Positions 12,339-24,440 of a stretch of DNA of 64,000 nt are shown piece after piece; position 1 is the stretch's first letter, and each line of letters opens with the position of its first letter. Location: the NCBI GenBank assembly GCA_964016885.1, contig OZ024745.1:96162001-96226000 (forward strand), given 5' to 3'. A model generated the notes under the pieces. That model was not told the origin of the DNA. It was given only the letters and a program-made list of their open reading frames with translations, and searched no databases. The stretch is from Eledone cirrhosa. Lineage: Eukaryota. The translations under genes and the position numbers were made by a program.

Positions 12339-15300
12339 AAAACAAACAAAAAGTAAAATTAAAATTTCATATTTCTAAATAAAAAATGATTCCCCAGTTT
12401 TATTAATAAAAGACATGTAATGTGGTTGGAAGGACATTTAGCTGTAGAAACCAAGCCAAAATACAGATCTGTATGGGCAAGATGTCATCTCCTGACCTGA
12501 CTTGAATCATATCATGACAACCTGTCAAACACATGTAAGCGTGGAAAAATAGATGTTAAATGATGATGATGGCAAATAATGTGCCATTCAACAGACTCAT
12601 GATCAGCAACACCAGCTTAAGAGCTAAATGAACTCAGAAATACAAGATAACTGGAGAAGGAAAATATGGAAACTAAACGTCTCTTGACTAATATGTTCAT
12701 TCAAAGAAACTATGCAATACTTATGACAAAAAATAAGATAAAGACTTATGAACTATATGTATGGAGCTGTAACTCCTGATGGGATTGTAAGAGCACTGTA
12801 ATGTCATACAGCAGGTTTTGGGCATGTAAAGTTACTAGAAAAGAAGCTAAAAGTAAGATGTTTGCAAAAGTTCTATGCTTTGAGGATCAAAAGCAGAAAC
12901 TGTTCAGAATTGTGAGAAAGCATGTCAGTGTGAATTAAAATACAGAGTTAATGAAAAGTGCATATGTAATGGTAGTGGTGCACTTTCCCTAATTGATTTT
13001 GAGAAAAAAAAAGACATAGAAATACTACTAGGTCAAACTAGGAGAGAATATGTGAGAAAAAGAGAGAAGACTCCAAATTAATTCAACAAAGACTAGTTAC
13101 TGAGTTTGACTGCTTTATGATAGAAAGAATTATTAATGATAAGAAGCTCCTTCCAATTTATTATAGTTTACCAGGTTCTCACAGAAAAGTTAAAGTTTGG
13201 TTATCCATAGAAAATCCTGTGTGCCAATAACTTGTTCTCATATTTAAATTAGTCAAAGAATTAAAAGGAAAGTTCCAAATAGAGAAGAAAGATCTAGAAT
13301 TAAAAGGACTAAAAGTAAACCTAACAAAGACAAATGTTTTAGTTAGTAGGAGAGAATAAAGAATCCAACAGCCATCTGGGAAGTAGTCATGCTTGATGCA
13401 CAGAAAAGGACAAAGTAAAAACTATATACTGTGTATCCAACGTAAAATATGGGGGCACAAAAGATGTAGTGGAATCTCAAGTAGAAAGACTTCATGTGAA
13501 AGATATGGACAGAAAAGAATCCATGCAGTTGAAGTAACATCATAACCAGAGTAGAAAACATTTAGGGAGCTACTGCCTCAGTTAGCAATAAAGGACTTAC
13601 CTTAGACTAAAGGTTCTCAACGGGGTGCATATACACTCCCGGGGGGGGGGGGGGGTTCGGAACTCCAGGGGGCGTTTGGGAGCAAGGGGGAGTTAGGGGG
13701 GCGTTTGGAGCTTGGGGAGGCGCTAGGGGCACTGGAAGGCTCTTTACTTTGGCAAGTTTTATAAGCCATATTTGTATGTCTTTGAGACAGCCAGTGTGAA
13801 TGCATTTGAACGAGCATGCAGACAGCATAACTATGGTCTGACCGCAGCTGTGAGCAGGTGTGCAGGCGTGTTTAGTCATTAACCGGCAATTGAGATCCTA
13901 AAAATGGAAAAACCCACAGTCAACTGGGTCAAGGACACTTTGAGCGCAGCCAATTAGAATCTTGTCTTTCCTTCACCGATAACAATGTATTTCACATCTG
14001 AAGTTATTGACTCAACCATAACGAGTTAACACTATGTAGATCTATTTTATTCCCTATTGTATAAATAATATTACAAATAAAAAAAGAAAAGAAAAAAAAT
14101 ACAGAAGCGGGTAGCACACACATCTAGGACTACATACAACACATAATCAGATAATACACACATCTATGACCACATACAACACATAAGCAGGTAATACAAA
14201 CATCTAGGACCACATACAACACATCAACGAAAACCTCTGGAAATGCAAACAATAAATATATAAATAAAATAAATATATAAATAATAATAATAATAATTGT
14301 TTCTACTTTAGGCACAAGGCCAGCAATTATCCAGTGTATTACTGGTACTTTATTTTATCGACCCCCGTAAGGATGAAAGGCAAAGTCAACCTCGGCGGGA
14401 TTTGAACTCAGATTGTAAAGGGACGTAACTATGCTGGCTAATGATGATGATGATTAAACAGAAAAAAGTTATCTTTTATGAGGCATGAAAATCAAATCAA
14501 TAGTAAGTCATTCAGAATCATCTATAGGTTTGTTTGTTTGTCTTTTTCCAAATGTATTATTGTTTTCAGAATTGTCAACTTTGTTAAGTGCTATTTCGTG
14601 TTAGGTTATAAAGTCAAGACTTAGCTTAAATGTCATCAAAACAGATTGCGTGACTAGATTCATAAAAACAATTGTGAGAAACCATGAAGAAAAAAAGTTT
14701 CTGAACTCTATAGCAATCCAGATAATTATTGAATGTTTAAAACACAGTAATATGGAGGCATAAAAGTACTATATATACTTGAATATAAGCTAATCCAAAT
14801 GTAAGCTGACCTCCTATTTTATGTATAAACCCTATTTTAAAGCAAAGATGTTTAGATGGTGTAGTTTTGAAATTCTTATGTATGGAGAATATTTTTATAA
14901 CGTTTCAATATTTTGATATTTAGAATATTTTAAGTGTCGCTTAGCGTATAGTTTTTGTTTCACAACTCCATTCTGTAATGATTCTTTTATCAATTTCCAG
15001 TCATTTTGAAGGCCATATTTATTCAAAACATCAAAAACAATAGAAATTACGAATTTCAACCCCAAAGTAAAACCAATGTAATATTTATCTCCAAAACAAA
15101 AATATTTTAGCAACTCATTTACATGGATTGTGCAGCTGGTGAAAATCAGCAAAATATAGACCCCGAATATATATTTTGTCAAATATTTTTTACTTTATAG
15201 ATGAGTATATGCAGTACTTAAAAATTATAACTAAGAAGAATACTTCTACAGAACATCAGCTATAATTGTTCATCTGTTGACTAACTGAAGACAATATTAA

Positions 15301-16713
15301 GATAAAGATAATAATAATAACAATAATAATAATAATAACAATAATTGTTTCTACTTTTGGCACAAGGCCAGCAATTATCTCAGTGTATTACTGGTACTTT
15401 ATTTTATAATAATAACAATAATAATAATAGAACAGTGAACTGATATGAAATCATTAATATAATTGTTTCTTCTTTTGGCACAAGGCCAGCAATTATCCCA
15501 GTGCATTACTGGTACTTTACTGTATTGATCCTGTAAGGATGAAAGGTAAAGTTAACCTCGGCAGGATTTGAACTTGGAACGTAAAGGGCCAAAACTCTAT
15601 GCTGCAAAGTATGGTGTCTGATGCTCTACCGATACTGCCAATTAATATAATGAGCATCATAATGTAGGAAAGCTTATACAGAGTTCATCAAGTTGGGACT
15701 ATTTCACTTAGGATTAAATACTGGAGGTATTTATGTGATTGGGTTTAGGAGATCAGATGACATTAAAGCCACTACTTCTCTGAATTGAGAGATCACTGCT
15801 CTGATACTATGGGCATGAGGTTAGAAAGCCTCAGGGAAGAATTGCTGGACAGATTTTATAGGCAAAACCAACCAGCAGGAGACCCATGGATAGACAGACC
15901 CCGATCAAGATGGTTGGATAACATCCATGAGCTTGGCTGGTCTCGATTGCGGATCCATCCAGACCAGCAAAAGAAGAGTTTCAGAACTCTGCCCCCACAC
16001 CCCGCTCAGGAATAAGTGGGCGAAGAAGAAAATGGCTATTAATGTTATTTATGCCCTTTGAAAAATTATAAATATCAGAACTTTCTATGTCTCTCACCTG
16101 AAAGATTAAAAGTAGATAAGAAATAAAAATTTACATATCTGTGGTGAGATTTGTAGAGTAAGTGATAACATTTCAATTCACCAAGAACACTATATGCTTT
16201 GCTTATGCTGTGTGTGACTATGGGAAAAGTGAATGCTTCAATATACTTATTCTTTCCATGAAAATTTGAAATTTCATGATTATCTGGAGAAGGCAACAGG
16301 ATACATTTACTAGTACTATCTAATGTACTCTGATAATGCTAAAGATATTTTTTACATCTAGAAAGTAATGTACTAAATTTTAAAAATTCTTAACATATTC
16401 ACAGCTAAAATGATGTAAAATAAACAGGGATAATTCTAGCTTCGGGTATATTCTGGATTCTGAAGAACATAAAAACTAACAAAATATGGTAAAATAGCAT
16501 GAGGTTATGAAAGTAAATAAAATTGATAAATTCACAGGAAAGATACCCATTTTAGATGAAGGTAAACTAAAACAAGCAGTAAAATATACCTTCCTAAAAA
16601 CAATGTAATGTTTGTAATTTTAGATATTACTAGAACATTTGACAATCTCTGAGACACTGTGACTCTCTAAAAACATTTCATCCTATTTCAATTTATTGAA
16701 CATCACTATGCAT

Positions 16714-17691
16714 TGTTGTGTGCATACATCTATGACTGATGCATCTGGATACATCTTCAGTGATGTGCCTGGTATCATCGGGTGTTTCGGGTCTTTCAAC
16801 ATCATACATCCTTCTCCAGGTGACCCAGCTGGGGCTGATGAGACCCTAGCTTGTGTCCAGATGGCCAGCTAGCTACCATGACTCCATGGCTCTCCTCTTT
16901 TGATCCACAGCCATCTTGAGGCACTCTCTGCCGCATCGGTGGTACTGCGGATGGCCTTCCTCCTTCTTACTCCCTCAATGCCCAAACTGCTGAAGGTTCT
17001 GATCAGGTAACGGGCTGCGAAACCCCTGCATCCAACCTCCACTGGGAGACACCTCACTCCCCAACCAGCCCACTGTCAGTCACTGACCAGAACCACGTAC
17101 TTGGAGAGCTTTTTCTCAAAGGCTTCTTCCAGGCAATCTTCCCATGGGACAGAAAACTCCAGCAGCACTACTTGCTTGGTGGACTCAGACACGAGGACAA
17201 TGTCTGGTTGCAGGGTAGTGACAGCAATGTGGCCAGGGAACTTCAGCTGACGCTCAAGATCCACTAATAGCTGCCAGTCTCTTGCAGATGTTAGGATGCC
17301 CGCCAATATTTTCCTGGCAGGGGTTGGCTGCTCCCCAGCTCTAACAAAGGCGATGGGTTTCTTGGAGGGTCGGAACCACTTCGCCCACACAAGTCCTGCG
17401 CTGATGGCTTCAGCGATGGTCTTAAGGACTTGGTCATGCCTCCAGCGGTACCGTCCTTCTCCAAGTGCTCCTTTGCAGCAGCTGAGGATGTGTTCCAGGG
17501 TTCCTCGCTTGGAGCACAACGCACATGCTGGTGTCTCTGCTATGCCCCATGTGTGCAGGTTTGATGGGCTTGGAAGCACATAGTACACTGCCTGGATGAG
17601 GAATTTAATGCAGTGAGACTCGGCTTTCCACAGCTCAGCCCAGGTCACTTTCCTCTCAACCGCATTCTCCCATCTTGTCCAAGCTCCCTAT
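16714..17691 (-). mobile_element. 5'-truncated HERO-like non-LTR retrotransposon (CCHC knuckle + RLE) with 3' UTR
   Basis: C.LC...TLEHILSCC, YRWRHDQVL, QPDIV...LLEFSVPWE, PVEVGCRGF, ASRWLW; one in-frame stop; flanked by a 33-bp direct repeat. Confidence 0.85.
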
Positions 17692-18394
17692 TCCTATTTC
17701 ATGTTATTGAACATCAATATGCATAATTTTTACTTATATCTCGAAGCCAATTCATGCAGATACAGACCATCAGCAACCCCCCATTTCTAGTTAAATATCT
17801 TTATCATAACCTAGTACTGCATCATCATTTGTAAAGGTAATTTTTCTCTGAATTCATTGAATTGTCTTCATGGTTAAAACAAATATGTTTCAGTGGTTGT
17901 TAAAATACACAGTAAATCACCACCTCCAACTCCTCTTCCTCGTTAGCATCATCATCATCATTTGCAGTGATATATTCTCCTACATTAACACAAGCTATAC
18001 AAATTTGATGAAAAGCTATTCATTAGACAGATACCCCATGAAGCAAGATGAAATCTAACTTCTCTATTTGCAGTTGCCTTTCTTTGTCTTCATCTCCTCT
18101 CCAGTTACAATGAACCATTAGGTCTTTAACATTCAAAACAATTGTACTTACCTATCTTTTCCTATACATTCATATATGAGATTGTTTTTAAATAATTGCT
18201 ATGATGCTTTAAACAATACTCATTTTTCAAGGATAACATTTGAGTCTTTATATTTTTGAACTAAATATTTTGTATTTTTCTTTTAATAGGGGAAAAAAAT
18301 GATTTTTTTTGTTCCTCCTCTATTCTTTTTATATTACAAACAAAATTGAATGCAGTTGAGACAATGTTAAGAAGTGGTGCATTGGATTACATAC

Positions 18395-18564
18395 CATATT
18401 TGGAAAGATGAAGCGCATGAAAAGGCCGACAAGTCTTCCCCAAGCTCCACCAATCAGGAAACATGGAATAAACAGACCACTTGGGATAAGAAGACCATAT
18501 GTCCACAATGACATTATGAAGTATGTTAAACAAATAAACAATAATGTTTCTCTTTTGAAAGATG
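18395..18564 (-). CDS. CLCN7: CLCN7 exon m (170 nt): (T)SFKRETLLFICLTYFIMSLWTYGLLIPSGLFIPCFLIGGAWGRLVGLFMRFIFPNM
   Basis: gttacag / GTATGT; WTYGL..GLFIP..LIG.AWGRL. Confidence 0.96.
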
Positions 18565-19307
18565 CTGTAACAGAAGAAATAAAAGAACATGGCTTCATTA
18601 GAACAAAAATATTGTCTGGTCATATTTACACATCTCATAGGGTGGTGGGTTGACAGAATTAATCAACATTACCTTTAATTTTCCTAGGGTCAATAAACTA
18701 GCTATCTGTTAAGTACTGGGTTAATAAACTAAGTATCTGTTAAGTACTAGGGCCAATAAACTAAGTATCTGTTAAATACTATAGTTAATAAACTATCTGT
18801 TAAATACTGGGGTTAATAAACTAAGTATCTGTTAAGTATTAAAGTTAATTTAATCAGATACACCCATCCCACACAGTGTGAAACCTGTGACCTAACATCG
18901 AGTAACAGAAATGGTTGCCAGTATTTCATTTAATGAAGGCATATGGCTCATGATCAGGAGATCATAAATTCAATTTTCAGTGGCATATTGTGTCCTTGAG
19001 CAAGACACTTTATTTCATGTTGCTCCAGTCCACTCAGCTGGAAAATACAATCGTACCTGTAATTCAAAGAGCCAACCTTTTCACACATTGTGTCATGCTG
19101 AATCTCCCTGAGAACTATGTAAAAGGTACAGATATAAGTGGAATACTCAGCTACTTGCATGTTACTTTTATGAGCATTGATTAAACAACTGGAAAACTCG
19201 TCAGAACCGACAGAAGTCCAACATATACACAACATTACATTCCAAGATGAAATCCAATCAATTTTATCTTTCATTACTTCAGAATCAATGAAATATTTAC
19301 ACTAGAT

Positions 19308-19588
19308 CAGTGATTCCCAATGTGGGGGCGCACGCCCCACAGGGATGGGGTGCGGTGGGGTGTAATTTTAATACAATGAGGGGGGGGGGGGATTTAAAAG
19401 TGATATAATACGACCAAACTTCCAGTTACACTTCGTCTATATATGTTACGGTCTCACATAGCATATTAATAAATATATATATATATATATATACACACAA
19501 ACTCAGTTTGTTTTTATATCAAAGGGGGACATAAGCATTTTTTAGATGTTGAGGTGGGGCATGAAGCAAAAATTGTTGGGAAGCACTG
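19308..19588. mobile_element. hAT-type MITE
   Basis: TIRs CAGTGATTCCCAA / TTGGGAAGCACTG; 8-bp TSD cactagat / cactagag. Confidence 0.82.
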
Positions 19589-20943
19589 CACTAGAGGGTC
19601 AATTATATTGAACACACACCTCACAAACAAATTTGATACTTTGAGTCTATTAACTAAATCGATGAATTTGGTTGGAATTTCTGAGAGGAGGAATTACCAT
19701 TATTTTGAATGGTATTTTATTTTATCAACTCTGGAAGAATAAAAAGTATTGTTGATCTGCCAATTACCCACATTTCATAATAATTGTTTCTACTTTTGGC
19801 ACAAGGCCAGCAATTATCCCAGTGTATTACTGGTACTTTATTTTATCAACACCGTAAGGATGAAAGGCAAAGTTAACCTTAAAGGGCCGTAACTCTTTGC
19901 TGCAAAACATGGTGTCCGACCCTCTACCGATACTGCCAATCCACCGCCCACATTTCATAATATTTCTGATTTCTGATTTAGGCACTAGGCCAACAATTTT
20001 GTGGGGAGGGGAAAGTCAAATCAACCCCAGTGCGTTACAGGAACTTTATTTTATCGACATTGTAAGGATAAAAGGCAAAGCTAACCTCAGCAGGATTTGA
20101 ATACATAATGTAAGAATCATAATTAAATGCCGAAAAGCATTTTGTCCAATGCTCTAACGACTTGGCCAATCCAATAACAACAATTACAGCACTTACAATA
20201 ATGATTTCTAAAAGTACATTCTGTAAAGTGGTAGTGTTGTTGCCAGTGTGAAGTGGTTGGCATTGGGAAGGGCATCCAGCTGTAGAAATCACACCAAAAA
20301 ACATATAAGCAAGGCAGAGTCTTACCATTATGTTTAGTCTCAGACCATGACAACCCATCCAACCCATGCCAACATGGAAAACAGACATAAAAATGATGTT
20401 CTTACCATTATGTTCAGCCTCAGACAGTGAAAACCGATCCAACCCTTGCTAACATGGAAAGCAGGCATAAAAATGATGAAGATGATGATTTCTAAGATCA
20501 ACACTATTAGACAAATTGATAGATAAGTACAGTCAATTTACTTACGTTCCAATACTTGACTGATACTTATTTTCCCAGTGCATTACTGGTGCTTTATTTT
20601 ATCGACCCCATAAGGATGAAAGGCAAAGTTAACCTCGGTGGGATTTGAACTCAGAATGCAAGAGGCCATAAATCTATGCTCAAAGCATGGTGTCTCACAC
20701 TTTACCGATACTGCCAATCCACTATATAATAATGTGGTCCCACACACCCTTAAAATCAGTATTTTGTCATGCCTAGAAGGCCTTTGAACATAGGGCTACT
20801 CAATCAGAGTTGACTTAGAGGCTAAACAACAACATTTAATATTAGGCAAATGGCAATAAACACTTTCAAAACATTAAATTGAAACTGTAAACAGTTACTT
20901 TAAACAAACAATAGTACAGATATTATAATCTCAAAATACTTAC

Positions 20944-21037
20944 TAGTTTCTTCATGAAATAAACTCTTCACCATTTCTTCTGGTGTCTGAAGTATAATGG
21001 TGGCTGTGGAACTGTACTCTCCATCTGCACAATAGAA
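20944..21037 (-). CDS. CLCN7: CLCN7 exon l (94 nt): FYCADGEYSSTATIILQTPEEMVKSLFHEET
   Basis: tcttctag / GTAAGT; CADGEY...TPE..V.SLFH. Confidence 0.95.
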
Positions 21038-21974
21038 CTAGAAGAAAATATAGTACAAATATATAAAAAGTATACTCACACTCAGAGACATATATGTATG
21101 TACGGTCCATTAACTCCTGATAGGGTCGTAGGGACGCTCTATTGACAAATGGTGTTTCTTGGGCATTTTAAGCCTGGTAGAACCCATTCTTCTCCAGGCC
21201 TGAGAACAGCAAATTTCTTCCAAAGAGAGGAAGAATCGACCCCAGTACTAGACTGGTACTTTTTTTATCGACCTCGAAAGGATGAAAGGCAAAGTTGACC
21301 TCGGCAGAAAGCAGAGAGCAGGAACGAATACTATAAAGTATTCTGTCTGACGTTATAACGACTCTGCCAATTCGCTGCCTATATATATAAGTAAATTTAC
21401 AATTGTTTCATCCTTATTGGGACTTATCAAAATCAATTATTTTATGAACAAATACCTCAACATATTCAACTCCTCACACACACACCAAAAAAAATCATGG
21501 TGAAAAGCTTTGATTACATTATTTAAGCAGCCATTTTCCAGCAACAAGTGATACTAGCTAACTACTGACACATGACTTATGACCACTCCAGCAATACACA
21601 TGTGTATATTACAGTATAAAGGTCTAATAATTATTACTAGCAAAACTAATTACCTACAAATGAACTACAATTTAGTTATCAAATAAATAACAGAATAAAA
21701 AATGTTTAATCTGACAACTGACAAATGATTTTTTTGGCAAATCTCGCTGAATCACAAAGGATCCAGTTGACAATGGTAATTTAGTACAAAGTGATGGAAC
21801 TTTTGATCTCCAGGGAACTCAGGTGTGTTTTAGTGTAATCCAATACTCTTTGAATCTGTTTTAACCAAGCTGGTTTCATTTCAGTCCTACAAATCTATAA
21901 ATAGCTGATAACCATACACTACTCCAGAAAACCTAAACCAGATCAACAATAATTTAATAGAAAAATCAATCTAC

Positions 21975-22113
21975 CTGCATATTATACTGTGCTGGAGCCT
22001 CTTTCATGGGTAAGCAATTTTGTTTATAATAAATAATCAGGAAACTTAATGTGGCTGTGATCACAGATACTAAAATAGTTTCCAGCACCTGACAAAGTTT
22101 ATTTTTGATATAT
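21975..22113 (-). CDS. CLCN7: CLCN7 exon k (139 nt): YIKNKLCQVLETILVSVITATLSFLIIYYKQNCLPMKEAPAQYNMQ
   Basis: ctttgtag / GTAGAT; QV.E..LV..ITAT..F. Confidence 0.93.
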
Positions 22114-22711
22114 CTACAAAGAAAAATACAGAGGTGAGAATAATATGATATATGAACACAGTAGCAAGATAATGCTTTAAATTTCAACAATGATAAGAGT
22201 TTTGAAAACAAAATATTTTAATATATATCTTTCATAATCAACTATATTTTGAGTAAATAGTTAAATCAAATTAAATTGACTAGGTTTAACTGGTAATAGT
22301 GATGCATGGAATCATGCATGGTCCTGTAATTCCTGAAGGAGTTTGTAGCATAATCTGCATAGAGGGCTAGTCCCATCTTTCACTATTCTGTGTCTATAGG
22401 CGCAAGTGTTAGAGATTGATCTTGTGCAGCACCTAAGAGTCCCTTAGTCTCTGTAGTGGAGGGTACATATTGACATACAACGTTTTTAGGGCATTTTAAA
22501 ATCTGGCAGAGCCCATCTCTCCAGGTTTGAATACAGCAGATTTCTTCCAGAGAAGGATAGAGGGTGAGAGAATGGATATGAGAAAGAGATATAGGAAGAA
22601 TCGACCCCAGTACTGAATTGATAAAGATAATAAAAAACAGTGAGTAGAGTCATTTCCTCTATGGGTGAAAAGCATGTAATTTATGCCCAAGATCTCTCTC
22701 TCATCTCATCT

Positions 22712-23000
22712 GTCCCATAGTCTAGTGAACCATTGGGGTGCCACAGATGACCTGGAAACCAGCTCCTTCCATTCCTCTCGCTTCTCCGTCCTCCTCACGG
22801 CTGCACCCAGCTTCATACCTGTCCAGTCCAGGATGCTGTCCTCCCATCTCTTTTTTTGTCTGCCTCTCTTCCTCCTTCTTTGTACTGTTCCCTGCAGGAC
22901 AGTCTTGGCAAGCCCTGTACCATCTCAATTTGCATTGTTTTACAATGGTCAGTAGGGATTCATAGGGCCCGATAGCTTGCCAAATTCTGTTTCACACCTC
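22712..23000 (-). mobile_element. RTE LINE 3' fragment
   Basis: LQGTVQRRRKRGRQKKRWEDSILDWTG. Confidence 0.7.
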
Positions 23001-23879
23001 ATTTGAGATGCCTAAGATACAAATTCAAATAACAAACCCAATTTTAATATAAAATTTTCAATTTTATGGGAGACAGGTGGAAAGAATATACTTATGAGAT
23101 ATGCATGTTACTTCAATTGTCTGATTTTTATTTTTAAATTGCCTGCTCAAGTCTAAATACCAGATGTAGGACTTGAATGCAGAGGATATTTGACAGATGG
23201 AAAAATAGTGTGTGCATTTTCTGCTAGATGTATAATGTTATTGTGCATGAATGAGAGAGCACAAATGAATTGGGAGAAAAGCTAGATATAAGGATAAGCA
23301 TTTGTAGTGTGAAAGAGAGAAGACTGTGTTGGGATATCTATGCGATACACATGGAGGATGATATTGTAGTAAGAAGTGGTGAATGTTTGAAGTAGGAGGT
23401 ACTTGTAAAAGAGGAAGATCAAGGAAGACTTTGGACAAAATCATGAGGACTAACCTCAAGAAAGAGGATTATGATGGCTGGTGATGTGCTGTGTAAGCAA
23501 AAATTCACCTAATGAAAGTATGGCAAAATGGTCCTTAAAGTGGTGAAGGAAACTCACTACACTCCTGATAAATCCCCCCCCCCCCCCCCAACTCCTTATA
23601 TCCTTCTGTTGTTAGGAAGGCATCTATTTTCTGTATTCAATTAGCCATTATCATCCCTCACTCATTATCAGTAATTCTCCCTCTCCTACCTCTACCACCA
23701 CCATTATCACATCAGTTATTATTAACACTACTTCCACCACCACTACCATCATCATCATCACTCAACACCAGTTATTATATTATCACTATTTCTTTCTCAC
23801 CTTCACCTATCTATTACTGCACCATCACCCATTATCACTGCCTCAACCATTATTATCATTATCACTCTACTTATCACTA

Positions 23880-24440
23880 GGGCGGTGGATTGGCAGTATT
23901 GGTAGAGCGTCAGACACCATGCTTTGCAGCATAGAGTTATGACCCTTTACTTTCCGAGTTCAAATCTTGCCGAGGTTAGCTTTGCCTTTCATCCTTACGG
24001 GGTCGATAAAATAAAGTACCAGTGATGATAAAATAAACACCAGTAATGCACTGGGGTCTATTTAATCAACTTTCCCCCTCGCCTTAAATTGCTGGCCTTG
24101 TGCCTCGGACGCCATGCTTTCCAGCATAGTTACGTCCCTTTACGATCTGAGTTCAAATCCCGCCGAGGTTAACTTTGCCTTTCATCCTTACGGGGTCGAT
24201 AAAATAAAGTACCAGTGATGCACTGGATAATTGCTGGCCTTGTGCCTAAAGTAGAAACAATTATTTTATATCCCTTCAGTCGGACGCCATGCTTTGACGT
24301 ATAGAGTTACGGCCCTTGCCATTCTGAGTTCAAATCCCCCCCGAGGTTAACTTTGCCTTTCATCCTTACGGGGTCGATAAAATAAAGTAGCAGTAATGCA
24401 CTGGTAATTGCTGGCCTTGTGCCAAAAGTAGGATTAATTA
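23880..24440 (+). mobile_element. Three head-to-tail copies of a tRNA-derived SINE (dominant family, about 20 copies in the window)
   Basis: A-box-like TGGCAGTATTGG, B-box GAGTTCAAATCC, core tttgcctttcatccttacggggtcgataaaataaagtacc. Other copies near 413, 6536, 11445, 14294, 15341, 19779, 19967, 20573, 28615, 41660, 46650 and 54752. Confidence 0.88.

Noticed and set aside
13600-13920. GC-rich, Pro-rich ORF region
   Set aside because: It starts with a hAT-like terminus (aaggttctcaacgggg) and G-runs, so it is probably a DNA-transposon end. No second terminus was found, so it is not annotated.
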